Assembly: GCA_021776805.1 (NCBI GenBank)
Contig: JAJFFD010000088.1
Location: 1-64,000, forward strand
Reading direction: 5' to 3'
DNA length: 64,000 nt
From: Planctomycetota bacterium
GTDB lineage: Bacteria > Planctomycetota > UBA1135 > UBA2386
The position numbers and the translations under genes are program-made. The notes below the pieces were generated by a model, which did no database searches, was not told the DNA's origin, and was given only the letters and a program-made list of their open reading frames with translations. This document shows positions 29,795 to 39,437 of this stretch, in pieces; within the stretch, counting starts at the first letter, position 1, and every line of letters begins with the position of its first letter.

Positions 29795-30934
29795 ATGCAC
29801 ATCCCCCATCTCCGAAGCCTCCTCCTCGTCCTCGCTTGTAGCAGCCCGATGCCTGCCCAGGAAACTCCATTCACCTACCACAGCCTTGTCCTCTCAGACG
29901 GCGGCAGCCTCGACTATGCCCTGGTTCTTCCGGAGCTTTTCGAGCCTGAACGGGCCTACCCCTTGCTCCTAGCGCTTCCCCCTGGCGCCCAATCCCGCGA
30001 GATGGTCGAAGCGAGCATGAATCGCTACTGGGGAGAGCAGGCGCGGCAACGCAATTGGATCGTTGTCAGTCCAGTTGCAAGAGATGGTCGCCTCTTCTTC
30101 AAGGGAGGTGAGGAGCAGATCCCAGCCCTGCTGCGGCATCTGCGCGTCACATACAAGATCGAGGGCAATCGAATGCATCTGGCGGGATCAAGCAACGGCG
30201 GGCGCAGTGCCTTTCGCATTGCGACCCAGCAGCCATATGAGTTTCAGAGCCTGGTCGTGCTTCCCGGCTTCCCGCCGGCGGACAGGGACCGAGCGCTTCT
30301 CGCCGATCTGACCCATCTGTCCATTCGCATGTTTGCTGGCGAGGATGACACGCGCTGGGTGAGTGCCATGCGAGAGACTCTATTCGACCTGCAGGCCTTG
30401 AATGCAGATGTGCAGGCGCAGGCATTTCCCGGGGAGGGGCACGTCCCGCCCAGCCTGGATGGGGAAGTCATTATGGATCTGATGGTGGCTCTGCATGGTG
30501 AGCAAGATTCCGCGTCGCCGAGCAGGGATGTGGCGCGGGTACTCGATGATTTCCATGATGCGGCTAGTAAGGCTGACGAGGAACGCTACTTCGGTCACTT
30601 CAGTCCGGAGGCTATCTTCTTCGGCACTGCTCCAGAAGAGAGGTGGTCCCTTGCGGAGTTCCGCTCCTATGCAAAGGACGCCTTCAAGCGTGACTCCGCA
30701 TGGATCTATGTCCCTCAGGAACGTCACATCGACTTGGCTCCCGAGGGTCGGGTTGCTTGGTTCGACGAAGTACTGGTCAACTCAAAGTACGGCGTCTGCC
30801 GTGGCACAGGAGTTCTTCGCTTGGTCGACAAGACTTGGAAGGTCTGCCAATACAATCTCAGCGTTCCTGTTCCCAATGACATGCTCCCCGGCGTCGCGGA
30901 CGAGATCCGCCGTAACTTGAAGAGAGCAAAGTGA
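29795..30934 (+). CDS. Secreted alpha/beta-hydrolase (esterase) fused to a C-terminal NTF2/SnoaL-like domain
   Basis: Signal peptide. Nucleophile elbow HLAGSSNGG (GxSxG). Catalytic His region (GEGHVPP). C-terminal ~120 aa with an NTF2-like pattern. Confidence 0.7.
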   Translation: MHIPHLRSLLLVLACSSPMPAQETPFTYHSLVLSDGGSLDYALVLPELFEPERAYPLLLALPPGAQSREMVEASMNRYWGEQARQRNWIVVSPVARDGRLFFKGGEEQIPALLRHLRVTYKIEGNRMHLAGSSNGGRSAFRIATQQPYEFQSLVVLPGFPPADRDRALLADLTHLSIRMFAGEDDTRWVSAMRETLFDLQALNADVQAQAFPGEGHVPPSLDGEVIMDLMVALHGEQDSASPSRDVARVLDDFHDAASKADEERYFGHFSPEAIFFGTAPEERWSLAEFRSYAKDAFKRDSAWIYVPQERHIDLAPEGRVAWFDEVLVNSKYGVCRGTGVLRLVDKTWKVCQYNLSVPVPNDMLPGVADEIRRNLKRAK

Positions 30935-32691
30935 TGCATCTGGCGCGAATCCTTGGCGGCGTTCTTGTTTTCTGTCTCGGCGGCTGCTCCCTGGGCGGAG
31001 CGACCGAGGCAGCGGATCTCATCCTCCACAATGCCCGGGTCTACAGTCTCAATTGGCCTGAGCCATCACGCGATGGGCAGCCAGATCCCAGCGCTCCCCA
31101 TGGACCTGCCGGCTGGACTCCTGATGCCACAGCAGTTGCCATCCGTGGTGACCGAATCATCTTTGTCGGCAGTGATGCCGAGGCCTTGCACCTGGCGAAT
31201 GGCAGCACCCGGACTAGAGACCTCGCTGGCGCAACTCTGCTGCCGGGCTTGATCGAGTCACACACTCATGCCGTGGAACTCGGCCGCAATCTGCGCATGG
31301 CCGATCTTGTCGGTGTCAAAACTGAAGACGAAGCGATCGCAAGAGTCCGTGTTCATGCCCGAAAGCACCCTGATGCCAAGTGGATTCTGGGCCACGGATG
31401 GGATGAAGGCGCATGGGCAGACCGCTATCCGGATATGGCAAAGCTCAGCCGGGCATTCCCGAAGCGCCCGGTAGTTCTCCGCGGCCTGCACGGCTTTGCA
31501 GTCTGGGGGAACGCAGCAGCGTTCGCCGCCGCAGGCATCAATCGCGACACAGAAGCCCCCAGTGGCGGCGACATCATCAGAGATCAGCATGGCAATCCCA
31601 GCGGTGTCCTTACGAACCGCGCAACCGAATTGCTGAGCCAGGCGATTCCCATAGCCGCCAAGGAAGAACGAGAAGCTGCGATTCTTGCCGGCCTGGATGA
31701 ATTGGCGAGATCCGGATATGTGGCAGTGCACGAGGCCGGTGTGGACGCGCAGACTCTTGCGGATCTCGAAGGCCTGTCCAAGCAAGGCCGGCTACCCCTG
31801 CATTTCTATGCCATGCTGTCGGCCCGAGACAGTGAGCTCTGCAGATCCTGGCAGCTCAAGGGCCCCGATACCGGTGAGTCGGGGAAACTAAAGGTCCGCG
31901 CAGTCAAAGCCTTCTTTGATGGCGCGCTTGGCTCTCGAGGCGCGAGTCTACTGACGGACTATGCGGATCAATCCGGTCACCGTGGAGTCGCAGGGGCGCA
32001 ATATCAGTTCGATCAGGATTTGGTCGCGGACATGATGCGCGCTGGCTTCCAGGTCTGCATTCATGCCATTGGCGATGCTGGGAATCGACAAACACTCGAC
32101 TTCATAGCAGCCGTCCAAGGGAATGCAGATGGGGACTATCGTCACCGCATCGAACACGCTCAGGTCTTGCATCCAGAGGACATGCCACGCTTCGCAGCCT
32201 TGGGAGTCATCGCTTCCATGGAGCCACCGCATGCCATGGAAGACAAGGCATGGGCAGAAGCTAGACTCGGCCCCGAGCGGGTGCTTGGCGCCTATGCCTG
32301 GCGCAGCCTGCGCGAAAACGGTGCTCGTCTATGCTTCAATTCGGACCTACCCGGATCAGACTGGAACATCTTCTATGGACTTCATTCTGCGGTTACGAGG
32401 CAGGACAAGACGGGAGCTCCTGCCGGTGGCTGGTACCCGGAGCAGGCTATGAGCATCGAGGAGTCGATCCGCGGCTATAGCAGTTGGGGCGCCTATGCAG
32501 GCTTCGCGGAGGATGAGGCCGGTGTCCTGGCAAAGGGCATGCGCGCTGACATCACGGTCATGGATATCGACCCCTTCGATCTCGCTGCGGGCAGTCCTGA
32601 GAGTATCCTGGCTGGAAACATCCTCATGACTCTGGTCAGCGGTGAGTTCGCCTTCGATCGTGGAGACAAGGCTTCCAAAGCTGAGCGCTGA
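30931..32691 (+). CDS. Amidohydrolase-3 family metal-dependent hydrolase (lipoprotein), paralog 1
   Basis: Signal/lipobox (LVFCLGGCS). ADLILHNARVYS...LLPGLIESHTHAVELG (HxH metal motif). C-terminal ADITVMDIDPF. Confidence 0.85.
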   Translation: MMHLARILGGVLVFCLGGCSLGGATEAADLILHNARVYSLNWPEPSRDGQPDPSAPHGPAGWTPDATAVAIRGDRIIFVGSDAEALHLANGSTRTRDLAGATLLPGLIESHTHAVELGRNLRMADLVGVKTEDEAIARVRVHARKHPDAKWILGHGWDEGAWADRYPDMAKLSRAFPKRPVVLRGLHGFAVWGNAAAFAAAGINRDTEAPSGGDIIRDQHGNPSGVLTNRATELLSQAIPIAAKEEREAAILAGLDELARSGYVAVHEAGVDAQTLADLEGLSKQGRLPLHFYAMLSARDSELCRSWQLKGPDTGESGKLKVRAVKAFFDGALGSRGASLLTDYADQSGHRGVAGAQYQFDQDLVADMMRAGFQVCIHAIGDAGNRQTLDFIAAVQGNADGDYRHRIEHAQVLHPEDMPRFAALGVIASMEPPHAMEDKAWAEARLGPERVLGAYAWRSLRENGARLCFNSDLPGSDWNIFYGLHSAVTRQDKTGAPAGGWYPEQAMSIEESIRGYSSWGAYAGFAEDEAGVLAKGMRADITVMDIDPFDLAAGSPESILAGNILMTLVSGEFAFDRGDKASKAER

Positions 32692-32780
32692 GGTCGACTT
32701 CGGAAATCGGGATCATGGCCACCAAAGTCTCGTAAGGAGCCAGCAACCCTCGCCAACCAGCATGTAGGAATCGAAAGCGC

Positions 32781-35009
32781 ATGGGATTCAGTCTGGGCTT
32801 CACCGCCAACAAAGGTGATCGAGCTAGCTTCCTCTCATCCCTCTTTGCCCCCAAACGCCCAGAACCAAGCTACCCCCGTCTTCCAGCGGTCGATGCTCGC
32901 GATGAAACCACGGTTCCGGGGATCTATGCCGTCGGAGAGGTGGCCGGCACTCCGCTCATCAAACTCGGGATAAATGCCGGTCACGACTTGGTTCAGCGCC
33001 TGGCAATTGATCTCCGCGAAGCGGACTCGGCTGCGGAGGATGTCCTTGATCTGGTTATTTTGGGCGCAGGCTCATCAGGCCTTGGCGCGGCAGCGGCAGC
33101 AGAGGAGCTCGGTCTCAGCGCTGTAGTTCTCGAAGCCAACCACATCGCTGAGACGGTCTACACGATGACCAAGGGAAAGGTCATCTTTGCCGAACCTCTC
33201 GATGTCTCCAAGAAGGGGAAGCTGTGGTTCGAGGAGTGCACTCGAGAAGAACTCCTGGATCGCTGGGGTCAGCAGGTCAAGGATCTAGGGCTGGATGTTC
33301 GTTGCTTCGAGAAAGTTCTCGACGTGCAGAGAAAGGGTCAGTTTCTCGAAGTCCGCAGCGACAAGTCCAGCTATCGATGCAAGCGCTTCATCCTGGCAGC
33401 CGGAAAATCGGGCAATCCACGCAAGGCCGGCGTTCCTGGTGAAGTGGAATACGCCGCAAAAATTGACCATCGACTGATCGATCCGGCTCTCTTCGCGGAT
33501 CAGGACATCTTGGTCTACGGCGGTGGCGATGTCGCCCTCGAAGCCGCGATCTCGCTCTGCGACTCGAATCGAGTCACTCTGGTCACTATCGACAAGGAGT
33601 TTACCTACCCCAAGAAGCGCAATGTCGATGCTCTTCACGAGCGCGCAGACTCAGGCAAGATCACGCTGCACATGAACAGCAGTCTCGCCGAGATCCACGC
33701 GAAGGAAGTTACCTGCATCGATCACGGCGCTGCTGGCAAGCGCCTTCGCATCGCCAATGATCATGTCTTCGAGATGATCGGTGCCGAGCTGCCTCTCGAG
33801 TTCTTCGCCAAACTCGGAATCAAGCTCGCCAACACCTGGGCCTGGCAGCGCTGGGCTCTTCTTGGCGGGCTCTTCTTAGGCGTCTACTCCCTTTACGCCC
33901 TGAAAAGCTATGGCAAGGGCCTCGTTGCCTGGCCCTATGAGGACCTGATAGCCCCCGAGACCTACACGACAAGCCTGCGCAGCCTCTTCGAGTTGGCATT
34001 CTGGCCCTTCCACTTCGCCTTCACGGATGAGGCTTACCAGACCATTCTGAGCGACCCCTCGCATTCCACTGGCTTCCAGCAGGGCTACCTCTACAGCCTG
34101 ATCTACACCCTTGTCATGGTGATCTTTGGCTATCAAGCCATGTTCCGCTGGCGAGGGATCGCGCGCAACAAGCAGTATCAGACCAATCGCTACCTATCGC
34201 TGATTGGGTTTCAGGTCGCGTTCTTCCTGATCGTCAACGTTGTCGCTGTTCAGGCCTTCACTCTTCAGCATGCTTGGCGAGCCTGGGGTCTCTATCAACC
34301 CTTCCCCCTGTTCTTCAACACCTTCTTCTGGTGGGACACCAGCCCAGGCAACGAGAGCATGGCTGTGTTCTGGTTCTTTGTCACCGCAGGACTCCTAGGC
34401 ACCTTCGTAGTCATCCCCTTCCTCTCCTGGAAGCATGGCAAGCGCTTCTGCACATGGGTCTGTGGTTGCGGTGGGCTCGCCGAAACTCTCGGCGATCGAT
34501 GGCGGCACTTGTCACCAAAGGGAGAGCGCTCGCGAGCATGGGAGTTTCAAGCGGTCGCAGTCATGGCTGCGTCCTTCCTGGTGGGGCTCATCGTCGTTTC
34601 TGTCTACAACATGAGTGGCAGCAATATTTGGTGGAACACCTATAACTACTTGGTGGACTTCTGGCTGGTGGCGGTCATTCCGATCACCCTCTACCCCTTC
34701 TTTGGTGGCAAAGTCTGGTGCCGCTACTGGTGCCCGCTCGCAGCCTGGAACGGACTGCTTTCCAAGTGGTTCGGTAGACTGCGTATCAAGTCGAACGACA
34801 AGTGCATATCCTGCACCAAGTGTTCTGAGCATTGCCAAGTAGGCGTCGATGTTATGGCCTTCGCCAAGAATCAGACGAGCTTCGACAACCAAAACTCGGC
34901 CTGCATCCACTGCGGCATCTGCATCGATGTCTGCCCAATGGACGTGCTCTCATTCGACAATTCTCCTCGGACGCATGCCGATGCTAAGCCGGCGAGCAAT
35001 CCCAGCTGA
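32781..35009 (+). CDS. Fusion protein: NAD(P)/FAD-dependent oxidoreductase domain + polytopic 4Fe-4S (NapH/polyferredoxin-like) membrane domain
   Basis: GIYAVGEVAG motif, then the dinucleotide-binding sites VILGAGSSGLGAA and ILVYGGGDVALEAA. Followed by ~6 TM helices with CxxCG/CxxCxxCxxxCP clusters (CTWVCGCGG; CISCTKCSEHC; CIHCGICIDVCP). Confidence 0.65.
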   Translation: MGFSLGFTANKGDRASFLSSLFAPKRPEPSYPRLPAVDARDETTVPGIYAVGEVAGTPLIKLGINAGHDLVQRLAIDLREADSAAEDVLDLVILGAGSSGLGAAAAAEELGLSAVVLEANHIAETVYTMTKGKVIFAEPLDVSKKGKLWFEECTREELLDRWGQQVKDLGLDVRCFEKVLDVQRKGQFLEVRSDKSSYRCKRFILAAGKSGNPRKAGVPGEVEYAAKIDHRLIDPALFADQDILVYGGGDVALEAAISLCDSNRVTLVTIDKEFTYPKKRNVDALHERADSGKITLHMNSSLAEIHAKEVTCIDHGAAGKRLRIANDHVFEMIGAELPLEFFAKLGIKLANTWAWQRWALLGGLFLGVYSLYALKSYGKGLVAWPYEDLIAPETYTTSLRSLFELAFWPFHFAFTDEAYQTILSDPSHSTGFQQGYLYSLIYTLVMVIFGYQAMFRWRGIARNKQYQTNRYLSLIGFQVAFFLIVNVVAVQAFTLQHAWRAWGLYQPFPLFFNTFFWWDTSPGNESMAVFWFFVTAGLLGTFVVIPFLSWKHGKRFCTWVCGCGGLAETLGDRWRHLSPKGERSRAWEFQAVAVMAASFLVGLIVVSVYNMSGSNIWWNTYNYLVDFWLVAVIPITLYPFFGGKVWCRYWCPLAAWNGLLSKWFGRLRIKSNDKCISCTKCSEHCQVGVDVMAFAKNQTSFDNQNSACIHCGICIDVCPMDVLSFDNSPRTHADAKPASNPS

Positions 35010-35761
35010 TGAGAGAAGCATCGGCTAGAAGCATTTCAGTCATCATCCCTACCTGGAACGAACGCAATCTCCTGCCAGCAGCCATCGCCAGCATAGGCGT
35101 GGAGAGAGATGTAGAGATCCTGGTTGTCGATGGCGGTAGCGACGATGGCACCCGAGAGATGGCAGAACGCCTGGCGGACCGGAGCCTCGTGGCCAAGCGA
35201 GGCAGAGCCATCCAGATGAATGCCGCTGCTGAAGCCGCCAGTGGAGAACTCCTAGTGTTCCTCCATGCCGATACGCGACTACCCCCAAATGCCATGTCGG
35301 CGATCCGGGAAGCCCTCGCATCGCCGGCAGTCGTCGGCGGAGCCTTTAGAATCGCCATAGACTCCAGCAAGGCAAGCCTGCGAGGCATCGCTTCTCTGGT
35401 GAATCTTCGCAGCGAAACACTGGGTTTGCCATTTGGAGACCAGGGCATCTTCGTCAAGAAGAGCCACTTCCTTGCCATGGGCGGCTACCGAGACCTGCCC
35501 ATCATGGAGGACTTGGACTTCATTCGACGCCTCCGTCGACGTGGCCCTCTGCATATCATCAAGGATCAGGCCATGACCTCAGATCGCCGCTGGCGCCGTA
35601 ATGGCGTTCTGCGGACAACCATCGTCAACAGCCTGGCCAGACTCATGTACCGCTGCGGGATTAGTCCGAAGCGAATCAGGACTTTCTACGACTCGAGACT
35701 GGGACAGAAACTCGACGCCGGATCTGCCGCAGCGAAGCCACAGGATCTGTTGAGCCAATGA
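35009..35761 (+). CDS. GT2-like glycosyltransferase resembling the TIGR04283 (rSAM/selenodomain-associated, arsenosugar-type) family
   Basis: N-terminal ISVIIPTWNERN, DGGSDDGT, and LVFLHADTRLP / ED..FIRRL motifs of a GT-A fold. Start overlaps the upstream stop. Confidence 0.65.
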   Translation: MREASARSISVIIPTWNERNLLPAAIASIGVERDVEILVVDGGSDDGTREMAERLADRSLVAKRGRAIQMNAAAEAASGELLVFLHADTRLPPNAMSAIREALASPAVVGGAFRIAIDSSKASLRGIASLVNLRSETLGLPFGDQGIFVKKSHFLAMGGYRDLPIMEDLDFIRRLRRRGPLHIIKDQAMTSDRRWRRNGVLRTTIVNSLARLMYRCGISPKRIRTFYDSRLGQKLDAGSAAAKPQDLLSQ

Positions 35762-36573
35762 AGCGCGCCATCCTCATCTTCCCTCTTGCTTTGATTGCCT
35801 ACCTGCTGCTCCCCCAAGGTTGTCTACTTCTCGAGCGGGCCTTCGGACCCGATGCGATGGAGCTAAACGAATTCTACGCCAAACAAGCAGCTGGCGAGAG
35901 CTTCGACCACAGCCGCTTGGATCGGGTGCTCCGCGCTAGCGTCAAGGAACTGGGGACAGTGGACTACGAGAGTCTGCGAACCGATCCCAGCGATCTCGAT
36001 GGCTACATCCAGAGTCTGGCAGCCGCAGATTTCGAGGCATTGTCGCGAGATGAGAAGCTGGCCTTGCTAATCAACGCCTATAACGCCTGCACCCTTCGCC
36101 TGATTCTGGATCATTGGCCTCTCCAGTCCATACGCGACATCCCTTCCGCGGAGCGATGGGAGGATGAACGCTGGATGATCGGTGGCGTGGAATTGAGTCT
36201 GCATGCCCTCGAGAACGACTTCCTACGCGCACGCTTCCGTGAACCGCGAATACACTTCGCCATCAACTGTGCGAGCATTGGTTGCCCGCCCCTTCGCGGA
36301 GAAGCATATCGGGGCGCTACGATCGAGAGCCAATTGCAGGAGCAGGCCATGGTTATGCATGGCGACCCGAGATGGTTCGAGCTCGAGAGGGAAGCCGGCC
36401 AGGTCTATCTGTCCAGAATCTACCTCTGGTATGAGGGAGATTTCGCCCAGCTGTCTGGGGACAGCCTGCAGTTCGCCGCTCGATTCTCCCCGGAGCTTGA
36501 CCGTATCTTGGCTAAGGACCACTCCTTGACGATCGAATGGCTGCCATATGATTGGGCATTGAATAGCAAGTAG
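35758..36573 (+). CDS. DUF547 domain protein (secreted/membrane-anchored)
   Basis: N-terminal hydrophobic segment. DUF547 core (KLALLINAYNACTLRLIL...HFAINCASIGCPPL). 4-nt overlap with the upstream glycosyltransferase. Confidence 0.75.
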   Translation: MKRAILIFPLALIAYLLLPQGCLLLERAFGPDAMELNEFYAKQAAGESFDHSRLDRVLRASVKELGTVDYESLRTDPSDLDGYIQSLAAADFEALSRDEKLALLINAYNACTLRLILDHWPLQSIRDIPSAERWEDERWMIGGVELSLHALENDFLRARFREPRIHFAINCASIGCPPLRGEAYRGATIESQLQEQAMVMHGDPRWFELEREAGQVYLSRIYLWYEGDFAQLSGDSLQFAARFSPELDRILAKDHSLTIEWLPYDWALNSK

Positions 36574-36647
36574 AGCCCGCAACTGCCCCGGCGCGCTTTA
36601 CAGGCCTCGCGGCGTCTGGGAGAATTCGATCGGGATTCATAGACGGA

Positions 36648-37589
36648 ATGAGCAAGCTCCTCGAGATCCGTGATGTTTGGAAGGGCGCAAGCCTTTCCAT
36701 CGCAGACGACTGCTGGCAGCGTCGGCACCACCCAGCCAATCGGGAGGACCAACAGCAACAGCCCACCGTCGTCATTGTCCGCCGCGGAAGCTATCGCAGA
36801 CGATTTCGGCAGCAGCAGGTGATCGGCACGCCAAACCACGTCACCTTCTACAACCCGGGCGAACCTTATCAAGTCGACCATCTGCGCGGTCAGCAAACCA
36901 AGGTCACAGCCATCAAGATCTCCTTCGATCTCCTGGAGACCCTGCTTTCTGCACGTGATCCACAGGCGGCCAGAAGGAACCGATTCCCGGAGCACCTGAC
37001 GCACGTCCTGTGCCCGCCCGGTTGGTATCGCCTTCATAGGCAGCTCCTGACTTACCTGTCATCCGTGGAAGTCTCGAACGGCCACTGCGACACGCTCATG
37101 GTCGAGGAGATTATCCTCTCCTTACTCGATTCAATTGTGGACCAGGGCTGCGGCAGGGACCTCAGTACTGTCGATGGCGGAGTCTCCAGCTCGATCAATC
37201 AGGCACGGGTGGCCGCAGCACAGGAGGTCATGGCCGACCGCTTTGGCGAAGGGCTCTCCATGAAGGATGTGGCCGCCGCGGTTGGTTGCTCTCCTTGGCA
37301 TCTGGCCAGACAGTTTGCGGAACAGGTGGGCATTCCCCTGCATCGCTTCTTGAACCGACTACGACTGCGGAACGCCCTGGAAAGACTCTGCGATGGCGAA
37401 GAGGACCTGGCACAGTTGGCCGGTGAAAGCGGCTTCTGCAGCCACAGTCACTTCTCCTCCGCATTTAAGCGAGAGTTCTCCATCAGCCCTCGCCAGGCAC
37501 GCTGCGCCGACCACGCAAGCTACCTGCGCGAAGTCATGCTGCGATTGCACGACTCGCGCTTCAGTCAGGACTCGCAATATTCGGGTTAG
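36648..37589 (+). CDS. AraC-family transcriptional regulator
   Basis: C-terminal HTH_18 (MKDVAAAVGCSPWHLARQFAEQVGIPLHRFLNRLRLRNALERL...FCSHSHFSSAFKREFSISPRQ). Confidence 0.8.
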   Translation: MSKLLEIRDVWKGASLSIADDCWQRRHHPANREDQQQQPTVVIVRRGSYRRRFRQQQVIGTPNHVTFYNPGEPYQVDHLRGQQTKVTAIKISFDLLETLLSARDPQAARRNRFPEHLTHVLCPPGWYRLHRQLLTYLSSVEVSNGHCDTLMVEEIILSLLDSIVDQGCGRDLSTVDGGVSSSINQARVAAAQEVMADRFGEGLSMKDVAAAVGCSPWHLARQFAEQVGIPLHRFLNRLRLRNALERLCDGEEDLAQLAGESGFCSHSHFSSAFKREFSISPRQARCADHASYLREVMLRLHDSRFSQDSQYSG

Positions 37590-37610
37590 TTCAGGCGCCC
37601 GGGGCCGGTC

Positions 37611-39353
37611 CTAGTCGTTTTGAAAAACGATGCGCCCACCGACGATGGTGTATTCGACCTGCGCCTCGAGAATCTCCGGCAACGAGCAAGTCAGGATGTT
37701 CTTTGAGAGGACCACGAGGTCGGCGAGCTTACCAACCTCCAGAGTCCCCTTGACGTCCTCCTCGAAGGTCGAATAGGCCCCGCCATAGGTGTAGGCGCGA
37801 AGGGCTCGCTCAACACTGATCCTCTGCTCAGGAAACCAACCCTCGGCAGGCTCGCCGCGAATCGTCTGCCGACTGACCGCAGCGTAGATCCCCAGCATCG
37901 GATTGATTGGGTAAGAGGCCGCCGAGGTGCCTGGCCAATCACTACCAAAGCAGAGCACCGCACCGGCTTCGGCAATGCTCTCGAAAGCGTAGGCTGTCTT
38001 ACAACGCTCATGACCAATCCTCTCCTCCATCCATCGCATGTCGTCGCTCAAGTGGTAAGGCTGAACCTCTGCGAGGATCCCAAGGGGTCCGAGACGCGCA
38101 AAGTCCGAACTCGCGATGACTTGTGCGTGCACAAGTCGGAATCGACGATCCTTCTTGCCGTTCTTGCGATTCAGCTCTTCTAGATAATCCAGCAACAGGC
38201 CGTTGGCTTCGTCGCCGATGGCATGCACGGACATCTGTAGACCGGCTTCATCCGCGGCGAGCATGTGCCCCAAGAATTGGCCTTCGACGAATTCGCCCTG
38301 CTCATCGACCATCAATCGCCGCCAGCGACCGTAGTTCATCGGGTCATTGCTGTAGGGCTCGTAGAAACGAGCCGTACTTGTCCCCATGATGCCGTCGATG
38401 TGCCCCTTGAGGCCCCCCAAGCGAATCCAGTCATCACCAGATCCGGCCTTGATCCCACGCTCCTTGAGCTCAGGCCAGCTGTCCAGCGGATAGCGGTAGT
38501 CCACGCGCAGACTGAGCTTTCCCTCGGCCTGCAAGTCCCTGTAAATCTGCAACTGCTCCTCATCGGACATGTCGCTCAGACTGGTCACGCCACTACGAGC
38601 CGCGATCTCGAGCGCATGCTGCGTCTGGCCCATTCGTCGACTCATGGAGAATCGCCGTGGTACCTTCGCCTGAAAGAGAGCGCGAGCTCCTGGGCCCTTG
38701 AAGACGCCGGTGAATCCATCGGCATCGCGGATGAACTCAACTCCGCGCAGGCTCGGCAGATTCTCTGGATCGATGTTCAATCGTCTTAGCGCAGCCTGGT
38801 TGGCGGCGAATTCACTGTTGTCGAACTTCTGGATGAAGACCGGGTTCTCCTTGGTCATCTCCTCCACTAGCCGCATATCCGGTCGGAAGGGCTGCCGCTT
38901 TTCGTTCCCAGCACTGCCAACGGACCACTCATCATAGGCGCCCCAAAGTCCGCCGAGTATCCAATCCCCCGGCTCCAGCCTGCTGACTACGTCCTTGACC
39001 CGCTCGACAAATTGCTCCTGATTCCCCGCTTGCATGATATTGAACTCGAGGAACTGCGCAGCGGATTGCACATGAACGTGAGTGTCATTGAAGCCCGGCA
39101 CGACGAAGCTCCCGCCGAGATCGATGACTCTGGTCTCTGCTGTGCGCAGGCGGAGCACCTCCGGGTTGGCCCCTACGGCGATGAGTCGTCCATCGCTGAC
39201 CGCGAGAGCCTGCGCAGCTGCCTGTGCAGGGTTGCCAGTCCACAGGGAACCGTTGTGAAGAATGAGGTCGGCGGACCTTGTATCCTGGGCCAACCCAGGA
39301 GCGAGGGAGAGGCTGAGGGCACAGAGGGCGTGAGTGAGGGGGGCGATCCGCAT
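37611..39353 (-). CDS. Amidohydrolase-3 family metal-dependent hydrolase (secreted), paralog 2
   Basis: Signal peptide. ADLILHNGSLWTG...VVPGFNDTHVHVQSA. C-terminal LADLVVLSKNIL. Clearly paralogous to 30931-32691. Confidence 0.85.
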   Translation of the reverse strand: MRIAPLTHALCALSLSLAPGLAQDTRSADLILHNGSLWTGNPAQAAAQALAVSDGRLIAVGANPEVLRLRTAETRVIDLGGSFVVPGFNDTHVHVQSAAQFLEFNIMQAGNQEQFVERVKDVVSRLEPGDWILGGLWGAYDEWSVGSAGNEKRQPFRPDMRLVEEMTKENPVFIQKFDNSEFAANQAALRRLNIDPENLPSLRGVEFIRDADGFTGVFKGPGARALFQAKVPRRFSMSRRMGQTQHALEIAARSGVTSLSDMSDEEQLQIYRDLQAEGKLSLRVDYRYPLDSWPELKERGIKAGSGDDWIRLGGLKGHIDGIMGTSTARFYEPYSNDPMNYGRWRRLMVDEQGEFVEGQFLGHMLAADEAGLQMSVHAIGDEANGLLLDYLEELNRKNGKKDRRFRLVHAQVIASSDFARLGPLGILAEVQPYHLSDDMRWMEERIGHERCKTAYAFESIAEAGAVLCFGSDWPGTSAASYPINPMLGIYAAVSRQTIRGEPAEGWFPEQRISVERALRAYTYGGAYSTFEEDVKGTLEVGKLADLVVLSKNILTCSLPEILEAQVEYTIVGGRIVFQND

Positions 39354-39437
39354 GAGGACTCCTTGGTTTCTTCTTACAGGGCAAGCATCATAGCCAGCAG
39401 CGTCGGCAGGTCAGCGCCTCTTCATCTATCGAATCCC

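Noticed and set aside
39012-39437. N-terminal 142-aa extension of the AlkD-like ORF
   Set aside because: Overlaps the convergent amidohydrolase gene. The conserved AlkD domain starts at MNSRHL (39438).
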